Shown: positions 1 to 14,190, counted from the stretch's first letter. The stretch is 34,848 nucleotides of DNA from Thermoplasmatota archaeon (GCA_965234725.1 CBDDUX010000109.1:1-34848), one strand, 5' to 3'. The notes: generated from the letters alone by a model not told the origin. Numbers and translations are program-made.

Positions 1-37
1 TTATTTAAAACTTGCTCTCTTAACCCTTTCAATCTTC

Positions 38-583
38 CTAAAGGGGTACAAAGAATAACTCATCGGATAACTTTTTCGGATCCCTTTTCAAAACCAATAC
101 ATTCATACCGAATCCTTTTGCGATACTCGCCACGGCCTTTCCGATCCTTCCATAGCCAAGGATCCCGATCGTACTACCATGCAATCTCCCCAAATGTGGC
201 TGATCCATCCAATCCAACCATTGACATTGTTTTTGAAGATCAAGGTACATAGGCACCTTTCTGGCAATGGTCAGGAGATAACTGAAAACATGCTCTGCCA
301 TCTGCAGGGAATGTGCACCACCTGCATTGGTCAGCAAGATATCACTTTCCATGAATGCATCGGTAAAATGGTCTACTCCCTCCCAGGTGAACTGGATCCA
401 TTTCAATTGCTCCGCTGCCTCGATACCCTCAGGGATCGATCTTGAAAGAAGAATGGTTGCGTCTGAGATCTCCCTTTTCAGGTCCTCCTCGTTTTCAGCA
501 ACAACGATCTCCAGATCAGGTTGAAAAGCTCTTATCCTTTCGATCTCACTTTCATGGAACTGTTTTCCGATAACGAGCTTCAT
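38..583 (-). pseudogene. D-2-hydroxyacid dehydrogenase family, apparently truncated at 181 aa
   Basis: LKWIQ..GVD, LTNAGG, MAEH and GILGYGRIG Rossmann motif are present. A TAG follows shortly after the NAD-binding start, so the C-terminal catalytic Arg/Glu/His region (family is about 310-330 aa) is missing. It lies at the window edge, so a frameshifted continuation cannot be excluded. Confidence 0.6.
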
Positions 584-881
584 TCAAAACACCGTTCATT
601 TGAACATCCATATAGCAATATATATGATAAATGTCCCGATGGACCACGAAAAACGATGATCAATGTAATGAAGGGGAACAAAGTGACTCCCTATTCGTTC
701 TATAGAGTTGACAACCCAATGATCAAAAACCATTTTATTGATCTACCCAAAATTAAAGAGATCACTGTTGGGAAATAGGTGATATCTACCTGTAAGAATC
801 AAAATGATCGTTTGTTTGCAAAAACATATAATAATATCTATAGTTTTAATAATGTATGTTTTCCTTTACTATCGGTGACCA

Positions 882-2708
882 ATGGATACTCTGGCAAGGA
901 TGGAAGGAATTCTATTCGAAACTATATTCACCAGCTCTAATGATGTTATCTTGATACTTTCGCCAGAATTGAATCTGACCTCTATCAATCCAAGAGGTAT
1001 GGAATTTCTCGGGATCGGCCAGGATGCAATACAGAGCTCCTTTCGTGATATTGATCTCTTTGAGGAGGATACAAAAGATCTGTTTATCAGGATTTTTGAA
1101 GGACCAAAAAATGAAAACAGGGTGGAAGGAGAAGCGGGACTATACTTTAAAGATGGTCGTAGGGTTCGTGTAAGCTACAAATTGATCCAGATACTTAACC
1201 GAAAAGGGAAGTGTGATTCGCTTGTCCTGATTTTGACAGAGATATCAGGATCTACGGGGTACACAAAGGAGATCGAAGAAAGTCTGAGAGAATTCAGATT
1301 GGTGGTGGAAAATCTCCACGAAGGTCTTGGTATCCTGGACAGGAATGATAACATCCTCTATGCCAATCCGGCCATGTTAGAGCTCTTTGGATACGATCGT
1401 GAATTCCTTTTTGGGAAGAACATTGCAGATCTGGTACCTGAGGAGGAATTCAAAAAGATCCGGCAGATGTCCGAGAGATGGAAAGGCGGATTGAATGAGC
1501 GATTTGAAACAGTGATACTAATATCAAATGGAGAGATGAGGAGCATCCTTCTTTCAGGAACTCCCCGTCTCAATGAAGCAATGGAATACAACGGATATGT
1601 CGGAATATTCCTGGATATCACTGAATGGAAATCATCCGAGAAAGCGCTGAAACAAAGTGAGGAAAAGTACAGGGCCACGGTAGAGCAATCTGCAGAGAAC
1701 ATATACATTTACGATATAGGATCGGGATCCATTGTCGAATCCAACGCGGCACTCCAGAACCTGTTGGGTTATACCGCAGATGAAATGAAGACGCTGAAGG
1801 CAAAGGACTTCATTGCCCATGCAAATGTGAATATAAAGAAAAAGATAGATGAGATCCTTACAAAAGGGAAAGCGATAATTGGTGAAAGGATCTATAAAAG
1901 GAAGGATGGAACTCTGGTGAATGTGGAGGTTTCAGGAAGCAGCATCACCAGAGGGGAAAGGAAGATGCTTTGTATCGTGTCAAGGGATATCACGGAGAGG
2001 AAGAGATATCAGGAATCACTGATAGAAGAGAGGAACAGAGCCGAATTCTATCTGGACCTTCTTGCTCATGATATGGGAAATATCCTGCATGGAATTAAGA
2101 ACGGATTGGACACCTTTGAGATGGTTAGATGGGATAAAGAAAGGGAGAAGAACACAATGAATGTCGTTCATTCTCTCGCTGACAGATCAATGAAACTGGC
2201 CAGGGATGTGATGAATCTGTCCAGGATTAGAGAGGATCCCAAGGACATTAGACCCATTCAACTGAATATGATCCTTGAACAAGCATTGAATATGGCATTG
2301 GATGGTTTCCCAGAAATGAAAACTGAGGTCCATATGGATGTAGACCAGGGGCTTAGGATCCAAGCTGAGGATCTTCTGGTAGAGGCATTCTATAACCTCT
2401 TCCATAATTCAATAAAGGTCCAGGAAAGCGGTGTCGCAGTGATTGGAGTGAGCGCTCTAAAGAATCCTGGAGGGACCAGAATAGATGTCTGGGACCATGG
2501 GGGCGGCATGACCGAGGAGATTAAAGACGCCCTTTTCGACAGGTATTCGAATCCTGACAGAAAGGTCCATACCGGCATTGGGATGACCATTGTCCATATG
2601 CTTGTAAAGAGATATGGAGGAAGCATCCAGGTTTCGGACAGGATAGAATCAGGGACTGTTGTAGGCTCGAATTTCAGACTATTCTTACCGGATGCAAGTG
2701 AAGCTTAA
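882..2708 (+). CDS. Multi-PAS sensor histidine kinase (3 PAS + HisKA + HATPase), soluble
   Basis: PAS repeats (YANPAMLELFGY, ESNAALQNLLGY, DITE motifs), H-box LLAHDMGN, N-box NLFHNSIK, G1 DHGGGM, G2 HTGIGM. Confidence 0.9.
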   Translation: MDTLARMEGILFETIFTSSNDVILILSPELNLTSINPRGMEFLGIGQDAIQSSFRDIDLFEEDTKDLFIRIFEGPKNENRVEGEAGLYFKDGRRVRVSYKLIQILNRKGKCDSLVLILTEISGSTGYTKEIEESLREFRLVVENLHEGLGILDRNDNILYANPAMLELFGYDREFLFGKNIADLVPEEEFKKIRQMSERWKGGLNERFETVILISNGEMRSILLSGTPRLNEAMEYNGYVGIFLDITEWKSSEKALKQSEEKYRATVEQSAENIYIYDIGSGSIVESNAALQNLLGYTADEMKTLKAKDFIAHANVNIKKKIDEILTKGKAIIGERIYKRKDGTLVNVEVSGSSITRGERKMLCIVSRDITERKRYQESLIEERNRAEFYLDLLAHDMGNILHGIKNGLDTFEMVRWDKEREKNTMNVVHSLADRSMKLARDVMNLSRIREDPKDIRPIQLNMILEQALNMALDGFPEMKTEVHMDVDQGLRIQAEDLLVEAFYNLFHNSIKVQESGVAVIGVSALKNPGGTRIDVWDHGGGMTEEIKDALFDRYSNPDRKVHTGIGMTIVHMLVKRYGGSIQVSDRIESGTVVGSNFRLFLPDASEA

Positions 2709-2766
2709 AGGGATGTTCAATAATCTTTTATTAGGGGACCTGTTCCTATCTGGTAAAGGTGATGAA

Positions 2767-3837
2767 TTGGCTCGACCGGCACCAAGAAGAGATCATGATC
2801 CTTCAGAAGAAGAAAGTGAAAAAGATCGAAGACCATCTCCGGCGATGTTGATCGGGGGCCTGATTATTGCGGCAATGATCATCGTTATTGTTCTTGTAAT
2901 GGTGATCGGTTCAAATTCGGTTTCCTCCATCGTGGTAGGGAATGTTGAAAAGGATATCGACGGGATCGAATTTCCTATATATACCTCGGTGAATGGTTTT
3001 GGTGAATACAATAGTGACGTAAAGATAGAGATCTATTATGAAGACATGCCGGAGCCTTTGTATTCAGGAAAAGCCAATATCAAAGAGGATAGTGGCAGAC
3101 ATCAGGTCAACTACATGGACTTCGTCTGGGGAAACGGTGATTACCACATATATGCCAAGGCCGATGGAAAAAGTGACATGAACACAATAAGGATCGACTC
3201 TGTCGCAGATACCATTTCTCCCGAGTGGAAAGGATACAACGCTGACTTCAATAGAATGACGCACGATCATAATGTAGAGGTCACCATCGGATACATGTTC
3301 GGAAACAGGACCTCACCAGCTGGTGACGATCCTCAAGTCTATACGTTCAAGGGAGAGGTCCTTACCTCTGATGGCAGGAGGATCGAGATTAATTCCACTG
3401 ATTACCACGCCAATCTCATAAAGATAACCAAAGCCATGGACCATACCATCAAAGGGACCTATAAGCTGACAGGCCAGGTCACAAACGAATTCTGTCATCC
3501 CAATTCCCCTTTTAGAACAGTCAATGTCGACAAGAATAGCAATTTCGTCTATGACGCGTCACCCTTTGCAATAGCAGGAGATGATATTGAAGCGGACCTT
3601 TCCGGAGGAGAGGCTACCGTAGAATTGGATGCGTCGGGATCATGGGATGATTCAGCCATAGTTGAATACATATGGTACATAGGAGACGAAGCTATCGAAA
3701 CCACTTCCTCTCCCACATTATCTTATACATTTACCTCAGCCGGTACTTATTATGTTGCTCTCGGCTTGGAAGACGATGGAGGAAACAGCTCAGATGAGAA
3801 TGCCGAACTCTCCACATTAGCGGTCACCATCAATTAG
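2767..3837 (+). CDS. Membrane-anchored surface protein with C-terminal PKD domain
   Basis: N-terminal hydrophobic helix (LIGGLIIAAMIIVIVLVMVI) and PKD signature LDASGSWD..IVEYIW..YTFTSAGTYYVAL. Probable TTG start at 2767 after an AGGTGA SD (track ORF starts at 2692). Confidence 0.75.
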   Translation: MARPAPRRDHDPSEEESEKDRRPSPAMLIGGLIIAAMIIVIVLVMVIGSNSVSSIVVGNVEKDIDGIEFPIYTSVNGFGEYNSDVKIEIYYEDMPEPLYSGKANIKEDSGRHQVNYMDFVWGNGDYHIYAKADGKSDMNTIRIDSVADTISPEWKGYNADFNRMTHDHNVEVTIGYMFGNRTSPAGDDPQVYTFKGEVLTSDGRRIEINSTDYHANLIKITKAMDHTIKGTYKLTGQVTNEFCHPNSPFRTVNVDKNSNFVYDASPFAIAGDDIEADLSGGEATVELDASGSWDDSAIVEYIWYIGDEAIETTSSPTLSYTFTSAGTYYVALGLEDDGGNSSDENAELSTLAVTIN

Positions 3838-3893
3838 GTGCGGAGAAGTTAATCTTATGTGTTATCCCGGATGAAATGATCCAAACCAGGATC

Positions 3894-5108
3894 CTACCTG
3901 TCCATCTCTCTCGTTATCAGAAAATCCTTACATTTGAACACATTTGTCTTAATGCTACCGCCAAGGCCTGCTTCCAGATCGTTCCTTATCTTCCAGTAAT
4001 CTCCTGGTTCGACCGAATACCTTATGGTGACAGAACCTGCTCCCACTTCCAACAGGTCCTTTTTCAGCTCAGCTATTGTCCCTGATGATCCGAGTATGAT
4101 GTGATCACGTTTGAGAAAAGGTGATCTTAAAGATCCTTCAGATAACAGCGCAGTCCTCCTATGGTCCATTTCCATCAAGCAAACATCCCAACCGTTATCC
4201 GCTACTAGATTGCCGACCAATCCGGCCTTGACTACTGATGGATCGACCTCTAAAAGGTGGAAGCCTATCCTTGCTTCATCACATCTTGGTGGAAGTGGTA
4301 GGACCTCATCACAGGAGATCGAATCTCCATCAGGAAGGACCACAGCTGATCGAGTTCCATTTCTGGGTTCCCCCAGATACAAGTTCAACCTGTTGACCCT
4401 GCCGTCGATGGATATATATTCCGCTTCATGACTGAAATCTACCTTGTCGAGGGACATATATGGAGGCACCTCGAAACACATTCCGGAAACGATTTCCCTG
4501 TAGGTCCTCTCTATTGATCTTGGGTCTGGAACGATTTCTTCCATTGTCCTTTCTGATGACCCCGGAGGTCTTGCTGGATCGCTGAATATCAGGAAATCCC
4601 TGTTCACCATCTTCACGACTTCCTCAGAAAGACAGTCGGAATTGACGACCTCCACATTTTCAATACCCAGAGAGAGGAGGTTCATCCGTGTTATCAGGCA
4701 GTTGAGAGGATCCTTGTCCACAGCAAGGACATGGTCTGAAAACCGTGAAAATGAGATGACCTGCCCCCCCTGACCGCAGGTAAGGTCAGCAATATCGTGA
4801 TCCCTCATTCTTCCTGCACAATGGTCAGCGGCGATCTCTGGTGTGGCCCATCTCAAGCCTTCTGAGGTGAAGAACATCCTTTCCCCTTGGGAAAATTTAC
4901 CCCTTGCCTTCTTCCTGGAAAGGGCCATTTCCATGATCAGGTCAGCGACCTCGTTATTCATTGACATTGAATGGAGGTGGGAATGGACTCGAGAGGGAGA
5001 GAGACCGTCTTTTAACTGAGAGAACGATAGGTCCACCGAAGACATGATCTCTTCCATGGATGATCCGTGAAGAGGATCATATCTGCCCATTTGATCATTT
5101 GACATCAT
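3894..5108 (-). CDS. Class I SAM-dependent methyltransferase with THUMP-like C-terminus (probable RNA methylase)
   Basis: Motif I ADLTCGQGGQ, AVDKD, FSDPARP. Start set at ATG 5108 (AGGTG SD) because the longer track ORF overlaps rpl18e. Confidence 0.75.
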   Translation of the reverse strand: MMSNDQMGRYDPLHGSSMEEIMSSVDLSFSQLKDGLSPSRVHSHLHSMSMNNEVADLIMEMALSRKKARGKFSQGERMFFTSEGLRWATPEIAADHCAGRMRDHDIADLTCGQGGQVISFSRFSDHVLAVDKDPLNCLITRMNLLSLGIENVEVVNSDCLSEEVVKMVNRDFLIFSDPARPPGSSERTMEEIVPDPRSIERTYREIVSGMCFEVPPYMSLDKVDFSHEAEYISIDGRVNRLNLYLGEPRNGTRSAVVLPDGDSISCDEVLPLPPRCDEARIGFHLLEVDPSVVKAGLVGNLVADNGWDVCLMEMDHRRTALLSEGSLRSPFLKRDHIILGSSGTIAELKKDLLEVGAGSVTIRYSVEPGDYWKIRNDLEAGLGGSIKTNVFKCKDFLITREMDR

Positions 5109-5174
5109 GCACAGCCACCTTGAGAAGGGGGGCCATGGTAATAAACTTTTTAAATGATGGGGGCGTAACGTCGC

Positions 5175-5218
5175 TTCCTCCCTTCGGGGAGAGACATTAA
5201 AATACGATGTCGGAGGAG
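5175..5218 (+). promoter_or_regulatory. Structured 5' leader of the rpl18e operon (C-UUCG-G hairpin, second hairpin, anti-SD)
   Basis: CTCCC-TTCG-GGGAG 5178-5191; GACAT/ATGTC 5193-5211; TCCTCC 5176-5181 is complementary to SD GGAGGA 5212-5217; TTTTTAAA box at about 5147-5154. Confidence 0.45.
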
Positions 5219-5223
5219 TCAGA

Positions 5224-5586
5224 ATGGCAAGCCCAAAAAAGACCGATATGGGGCTTGTATCCCTCATCTTCGACCTGAAATCATGGTCGAGAGAGAATGA
5301 AGCCCCCATCTGGCGAGACATCGCAAAGCGTCTGGAAAAACCATCCAGGGTATGGGCCGAGGTGAATATCTCGAGGATCGCCCTTTACGTTAAAAAGGGT
5401 GAAACGCTCATAGTCCCGGGTAAACTTCTGGGTGCTGGCGATATAGATTATCCTGTGACAGTTGCAGCTTTCAAGGCAACTCAGGGAGCAAGGCAGAAGA
5501 TCACCGCAGCCGGAGGAACCGTGCTGACCATCCCCGAACTGGTAAAGAACAATCCTAAGGGGAAGGGTGTAAGGATAATGGGGTGA
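5224..5586 (+). CDS. rpl18e: 50S ribosomal protein eL18 (L18e)
   Basis: APIWRDIAKRLEKP, VPGKLLGAG, NPKG motifs; operon context. Confidence 0.95.
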   Translation: MASPKKTDMGLVSLIFDLKSWSRENEAPIWRDIAKRLEKPSRVWAEVNISRIALYVKKGETLIVPGKLLGAGDIDYPVTVAAFKATQGARQKITAAGGTVLTIPELVKNNPKGKGVRIMG

Positions 5587-5591
5587 GGGAA

Positions 5592-6014
5592 ATGGTGGAG
5601 ATAATAGATGCATCAGGACTTATCATCGGAAGACTCTCAACCCATGTTGCAAAGAGACTCCTTAAGAATATGGACCTCGAAGTGGCGATCATCAATTCAG
5701 AGAAGGCCATTGTATCCGGATCCAGGAAAATGGTCCTCGAGAGTTACAAGGGGAAGAGAGACTTGAACCACCCAAGGAAGGGACCTTATTATCCAAGGCT
5801 CCCGGATAGGATCCTTAAAAGGACCATACGTGGCATGCTGCCATATCAGCAGGAGAGAGGGAGGAATGCCCTCAAACGTGTCAAGGTCTATATTGGTAAA
5901 CCCAAGGAATTCGAAGGAAAGAAATCCATAACAGTAGAAGGAGCAAGGAACAGGGGTATCGATCAGTTCATGGAACTTGGCGAGATCTCTAGGGTCCTGG
6001 GAGCTAAGATCTGA
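5592..6014 (+). CDS. rpl13: 50S ribosomal protein uL13
   Basis: IIDASGLIIGRL, GPYYPRLPDRILKRTIRGMLP. Confidence 0.95.
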   Translation: MVEIIDASGLIIGRLSTHVAKRLLKNMDLEVAIINSEKAIVSGSRKMVLESYKGKRDLNHPRKGPYYPRLPDRILKRTIRGMLPYQQERGRNALKRVKVYIGKPKEFEGKKSITVEGARNRGIDQFMELGEISRVLGAKI

Positions 6015-6026
6015 GGAGGTCTTTGA

Positions 6027-6428
6027 ATGGGAAAGCTCGTCAATACAAGTGGAAAAAGAAAGACAGCCATTGCCCGAGCCGTTATCAAATCAGGCAAGGG
6101 AAGGGTAAGGATCAACCACAAACCCATAGAGCTGATCGAACCGGAAATTGCCAGGTTGAAGATGATGGAACCTCTTATCCTTGCAAGGGAGAAGGCTGAG
6201 ACCGTGGATGTCAATGTCACAGTGGATGGAGGAGGATTCATGGGCCAGGCAGACTCTGTTCGAACAGCTATTGCCAGGGGACTTGTGGAATTCTTCAGTG
6301 ATGAGGACCTCAAGGACCGCTATCTGCATTATGACAGGGCCTTATTGGTTAACGATCCGAGAAGACATCTTCCAAAAAAACCACTTGGCCGTGGTGCCAG
6401 GAAGAAGAGACAGAAATCATACCGTTGA
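6027..6428 (+). CDS. rps9: 30S ribosomal protein uS9
   Basis: [31 protein letters not shown]-terminus. Confidence 0.97.
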   Translation: MGKLVNTSGKRKTAIARAVIKSGKGRVRINHKPIELIEPEIARLKMMEPLILAREKAETVDVNVTVDGGGFMGQADSVRTAIARGLVEFFSDEDLKDRYLHYDRALLVNDPRRHLPKKPLGRGARKKRQKSYR

Positions 6429-6441
6429 TCGAACGGGATCC

Positions 6442-6463
6442 GGCCCCCCCTTCTGGGGGGGTC
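6442..6463 (+). terminator. GC hairpin after rps9 (terminator or 3' stability element)
   Basis: GG-C7-TTCT-G7-TC stem-loop 13 nt after the stop codon; no strong U-tract. Confidence 0.45.
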
Positions 6464-6630
6464 CTTACTTAATTACCTGATTCCCTTGGTTTCAACCAGG
6501 GTATCAGTATGTTTTTCATAAGCAGAATAAATGCTTGATATTCTTATACTGAAGGACCAAAACTATAAAATCAACAATACATACACTCATCCATCGCATC
6601 ACACTTGATATTTTCCACCAATAGGGAGGT

Positions 6631-7374
6631 ATGACCCTGAGAAAAAAGGACAAAAAGAAATTGATGATCGGAGGAGCAGCCGTCTCCTCATTGTTCCTGA
6701 TCACATTGGTCATTGTTGCCCTTGTGGGAGGTAAGGAAGAAGCTCCCTCAATGAAGGCTCCGGGACTGGAGGAGTATGGAGAGACTACCACCACTTTCGT
6801 ATGCGAGGGGAGGATGGTGGGAGATGGAGAGACCGTTTACTGGAATATAGGAAGGCCCGGAAATTCTACCGACCTTATTCTTGTAACCGGTGTTCAAGTG
6901 CTCATTGCCTGGTCCGATGATGAGGCCCCGCCTGTATCCAGACCATTATACTCCAATACACCCGATACATTCATCCTTTCCGCTATCGGTATTCCACTCC
7001 TTTGGAGAAATGACCCTGCTGGAGGCAATAACACGAATGGGACGGAAGAAAAGGTCGTCAGGGTCAGCTCCACATCCCAAATGGGAACAACCAGGGTTTC
7101 GCTTGATATCATGAACAATCCTATTTTACTTGAGAGAGAGGGAAATGAGACCGGAGATGAATGGCAATGGGATCCAGAGGGAGCCTCACAGCCAGGAAGG
7201 ACAGGACTCTATATCAATGTGACCTGCATAGCTGGCCATATAGAATCGAACAGACCAGCCTTGCTAAGGTACAATGATCCGGGTGATGAGATCTCGATGT
7301 CTATTGCCCTTTCATACAAAGCTGTACCCAAAGAAATTGTAGATTCCTGGTTGGAGAACAACTATAGGAGCTGA
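6631..7374 (+). CDS. Hypothetical membrane-anchored or exported protein
   Basis: Basic N-terminus followed by a hydrophobic helix; GGAGGT SD; 247-aa ORF. Confidence 0.7.
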   Translation: MTLRKKDKKKLMIGGAAVSSLFLITLVIVALVGGKEEAPSMKAPGLEEYGETTTTFVCEGRMVGDGETVYWNIGRPGNSTDLILVTGVQVLIAWSDDEAPPVSRPLYSNTPDTFILSAIGIPLLWRNDPAGGNNTNGTEEKVVRVSSTSQMGTTRVSLDIMNNPILLEREGNETGDEWQWDPEGASQPGRTGLYINVTCIAGHIESNRPALLRYNDPGDEISMSIALSYKAVPKEIVDSWLENNYRS

Positions 7375-7378
7375 TCCC

Positions 7379-7729
7379 ATGCTGATAAAGAACGCTGAAG
7401 AAGTAGAGAGTCAGACTGTGGAAATGACGGGGGTTAAGGGGACATATATACAATGGCTTGCCTCTAAAAAGGACGGGGCTCCAAACTTTGCCATGAGGAG
7501 ATTCAAGGTCATACCAGGGGGCAGCATCGGTCTACATGATCATCCCTGGGAACATGAGATCTATATCCTGAAGGGATCCGGTGAGGCGTTCACTCCCAAT
7601 GAACGAAAGACCATCGGTCCGGGAGATGTCCTGTTCATACCGGGAAAAGAATCACACGGATACGAGAACACGGGTGAAGAAGACCTCATGTTCATCTGTA
7701 TGATCCCCAATTCCGGAGATCTGAGATGA
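7379..7729 (+). CDS. Cupin domain protein (cupin_2)
   Basis: HDHPWEHEIYILKG and GDVLFIPG..SHG metal-binding motifs. Confidence 0.9.
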   Translation: MLIKNAEEVESQTVEMTGVKGTYIQWLASKKDGAPNFAMRRFKVIPGGSIGLHDHPWEHEIYILKGSGEAFTPNERKTIGPGDVLFIPGKESHGYENTGEEDLMFICMIPNSGDLR

Positions 7730-7800
7730 ATATCCCTCCCTGAAAAGTATTAATTCCAACCGGCCATTATCACTATTGACCAATATCAGGAGGTTCTGAA

Positions 7801-8223
7801 ATGGTGGTCCATGCAGAGAGTATTGTATTCAAGACCCAAGGAGAAGGGGAGATCACGAATATCACCGATAGGGTCGAGGAGATCGTGGAGAGGTCCGGGA
7901 TCAAAACCGGGATCGTAAGCTGCTCGGTGGCCGGTGCCACTGCGGCTTTGACTGTCATTGAATATGAACCCGGCCTCCTTGAGGATCTTCCGGCAATGCT
8001 TGAGAGGATAGCTCCAAAGAAAATGGAATATGCCCACCACAGAACATGGAATGATGGTAATGGACATTCACATGTCAGGGCGTCCTTGATCGGTCCAGAT
8101 ATTACCATGCCTGTTCGAGATGGAAAACTTGTAAGGGGCACATGGCAGCAGATCATCTTTCTGGAACTGGATGTCAGGGAGAACAGGGACCGTCATGTCC
8201 ATGTAACGGCCATAGGAGAATGA
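7801..8223 (+). CDS. yjbQ: YjbQ/UPF0047 family protein
   Basis: TAALTVIEYEPGL, DGNGHSHVRASLIG, GTWQQIIFLELD. Confidence 0.9.
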   Translation: MVVHAESIVFKTQGEGEITNITDRVEEIVERSGIKTGIVSCSVAGATAALTVIEYEPGLLEDLPAMLERIAPKKMEYAHHRTWNDGNGHSHVRASLIGPDITMPVRDGKLVRGTWQQIIFLELDVRENRDRHVHVTAIGE

Positions 8224-8249
8224 CTGTCCCCGGGAATTAACGAATCCTT

Positions 8250-8460
8250 TCATTGACAGGCGGTATGCCCACTCCTGATTCTGACCCATCCCCGGGGTAT
8301 CTGTACGATGCCTGGGTTGGCCTTCGCATCATTCCTTGACGTCACGTCTGATTGGTCAGCGAGGGACCCTAAAAAGCACCGATTTGTTCTTGTTGCCCCG
8401 ATATTGCGAGGGCGGATCATTGATCACCGCCGTCTTCGATAACCAGGGCCTTGGACCATC
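8250..8460 (-). ncRNA. Candidate structured ncRNA (unassigned)
   Basis: 56% GC (100/180 over 8281-8460) with no plausible ORF, several stems, and a minus-strand TATA-like GATAAATA at 8478-8471. Confidence 0.3.
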
Positions 8461-8552
8461 CGGTTATTGATATTTATCGATTTCCCGGCAATACTTGACA
8501 CTCCTCACTGATAAATGTAATATAATGGATACCGATAAGGGGGGGATTCCTC

Positions 8553-8975
8553 ATGACAAGTCCCTTGACCTCTTTCGGTAAGGCCTGGAAAAGGTATTGG
8601 CATAAGAACAAGAGAGGAAAACTGTTCCTCGTTGCCACCTTAGGTACCATTGTCGCCCTTCTATCACTTTGGGAGCTTATGGAGTATTTCGATACCGAGC
8701 CCCTGAAGGGGCATCCAATCCCCGGAGTTGATTATTTGAATCAATGGGCCTGGGTCACCCTGGTTGTCGGAGGAGTGTTTTCGATAGGTGGCTGGCTCTA
8801 CTATTCCGATCATAACAAGAAATACAAGAAGTTCCATGAGCTGATCGATACGGACTCAAAAGCAATGTTTGTCAGAAATATCGATGAGATCGAAGAGATC
8901 GCATTGGAACTAGGTCCAGACTTCGAAAGGATCGTAATGGACAAAAGGAATGAATTCAAGGTCAAGACAAGATGA
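8553..8975 (+). CDS. Two-TM membrane protein, DUF3198-like
   Basis: Two hydrophobic helices followed by SKAMFVRNIDEIEEIALELG, recalled as DUF3198-like (Thermoplasmata). Confidence 0.65.
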   Translation: MTSPLTSFGKAWKRYWHKNKRGKLFLVATLGTIVALLSLWELMEYFDTEPLKGHPIPGVDYLNQWAWVTLVVGGVFSIGGWLYYSDHNKKYKKFHELIDTDSKAMFVRNIDEIEEIALELGPDFERIVMDKRNEFKVKTR

Positions 8976-9022
8976 ACATAACCTTTTTCTATCTTGACAT
9001 TAGATGATACTCAAGTGATTCC

Positions 9023-9421
9023 ATGGTAGCCTATTGTAAGGATTGCAAACGGTACGTGAATCAGTACTGCGAGATATGTAGCGGCAACTTCGGTGTCGAT
9101 GTATGCGAAAGATACGGCTGCGGTGGAAAAATGCTCTGCCCTGTCTGTGGTGGTAACAACCTCTCCAGTAAAAGGGAATCCGTAAGCCTCCCCTACGACT
9201 TCAAGAAGGAAAGGGAAAGGATATATTCAACTGATAAGAAGGCCGCATCAGATATTGAAGCAAGATATTTTGCAGAAAAAAAGATCAAAGAGGATAAGGG
9301 AACTGAAGTATCGGACCCGCAACAAGACAGTACTTCCAGACATTGTCCACTTTGCGGTTATCCTCTCAACATCAGGTGGAAGTTCTGCCCTGAGTGCGGT
9401 GTTTCACTTATCAAGAAATGA
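9023..9421 (+). CDS. Multi-zinc-ribbon protein
   Basis: CKDC, CEIC, CERYGC, CPVC at the N-terminus; CPLC..KFCPECG at the C-terminus. Confidence 0.8.
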   Translation: MVAYCKDCKRYVNQYCEICSGNFGVDVCERYGCGGKMLCPVCGGNNLSSKRESVSLPYDFKKERERIYSTDKKAASDIEARYFAEKKIKEDKGTEVSDPQQDSTSRHCPLCGYPLNIRWKFCPECGVSLIKK

Positions 9422-9425
9422 ACTA

Positions 9426-14013
<4,588 letters not shown>

Positions 14014-14075
14014 CTAATGCAGATGTTGTTTTGGTGCATCCCTAAAAATTCGACAATGGGTGAATTGCAGTGGAG

Positions 14076-14111
14076 TATTTAAATCCATCGCGCGCGCGTA
14101 CGCGCGCGTAC
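14076..14111 (-). promoter_or_regulatory. gyrB TATA box with abutting alternating purine-pyrimidine (Z-DNA/cruciform-prone) tract
   Basis: TTTAAATA (minus strand, 14083-14076) lies 5 bp from CGCGCGCGCGTACGCGCGCGTAC (14089-14111). Confidence 0.65.
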
Positions 14112-14190
14112 TATTAATGGTATATTTGGGTCTTAAAGACAAATTTCACCTCCAATGTTAATACAGTGATGAACACCCATCTCAAGATTA

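Noticed and set aside
5109..5321. N-terminal extension of the methyltransferase ORF
   Set aside because: Overlaps rpl18e and its promoter on the opposite strand; ATG 5108 has an SD
8370..8445. SAM-I riboswitch-like words (TTATC..GGCAAC..GGTGC) on the minus strand
   Set aside because: The kink-turn/pseudoknot and closing AGAU are missing, and there is no downstream gene on that strand
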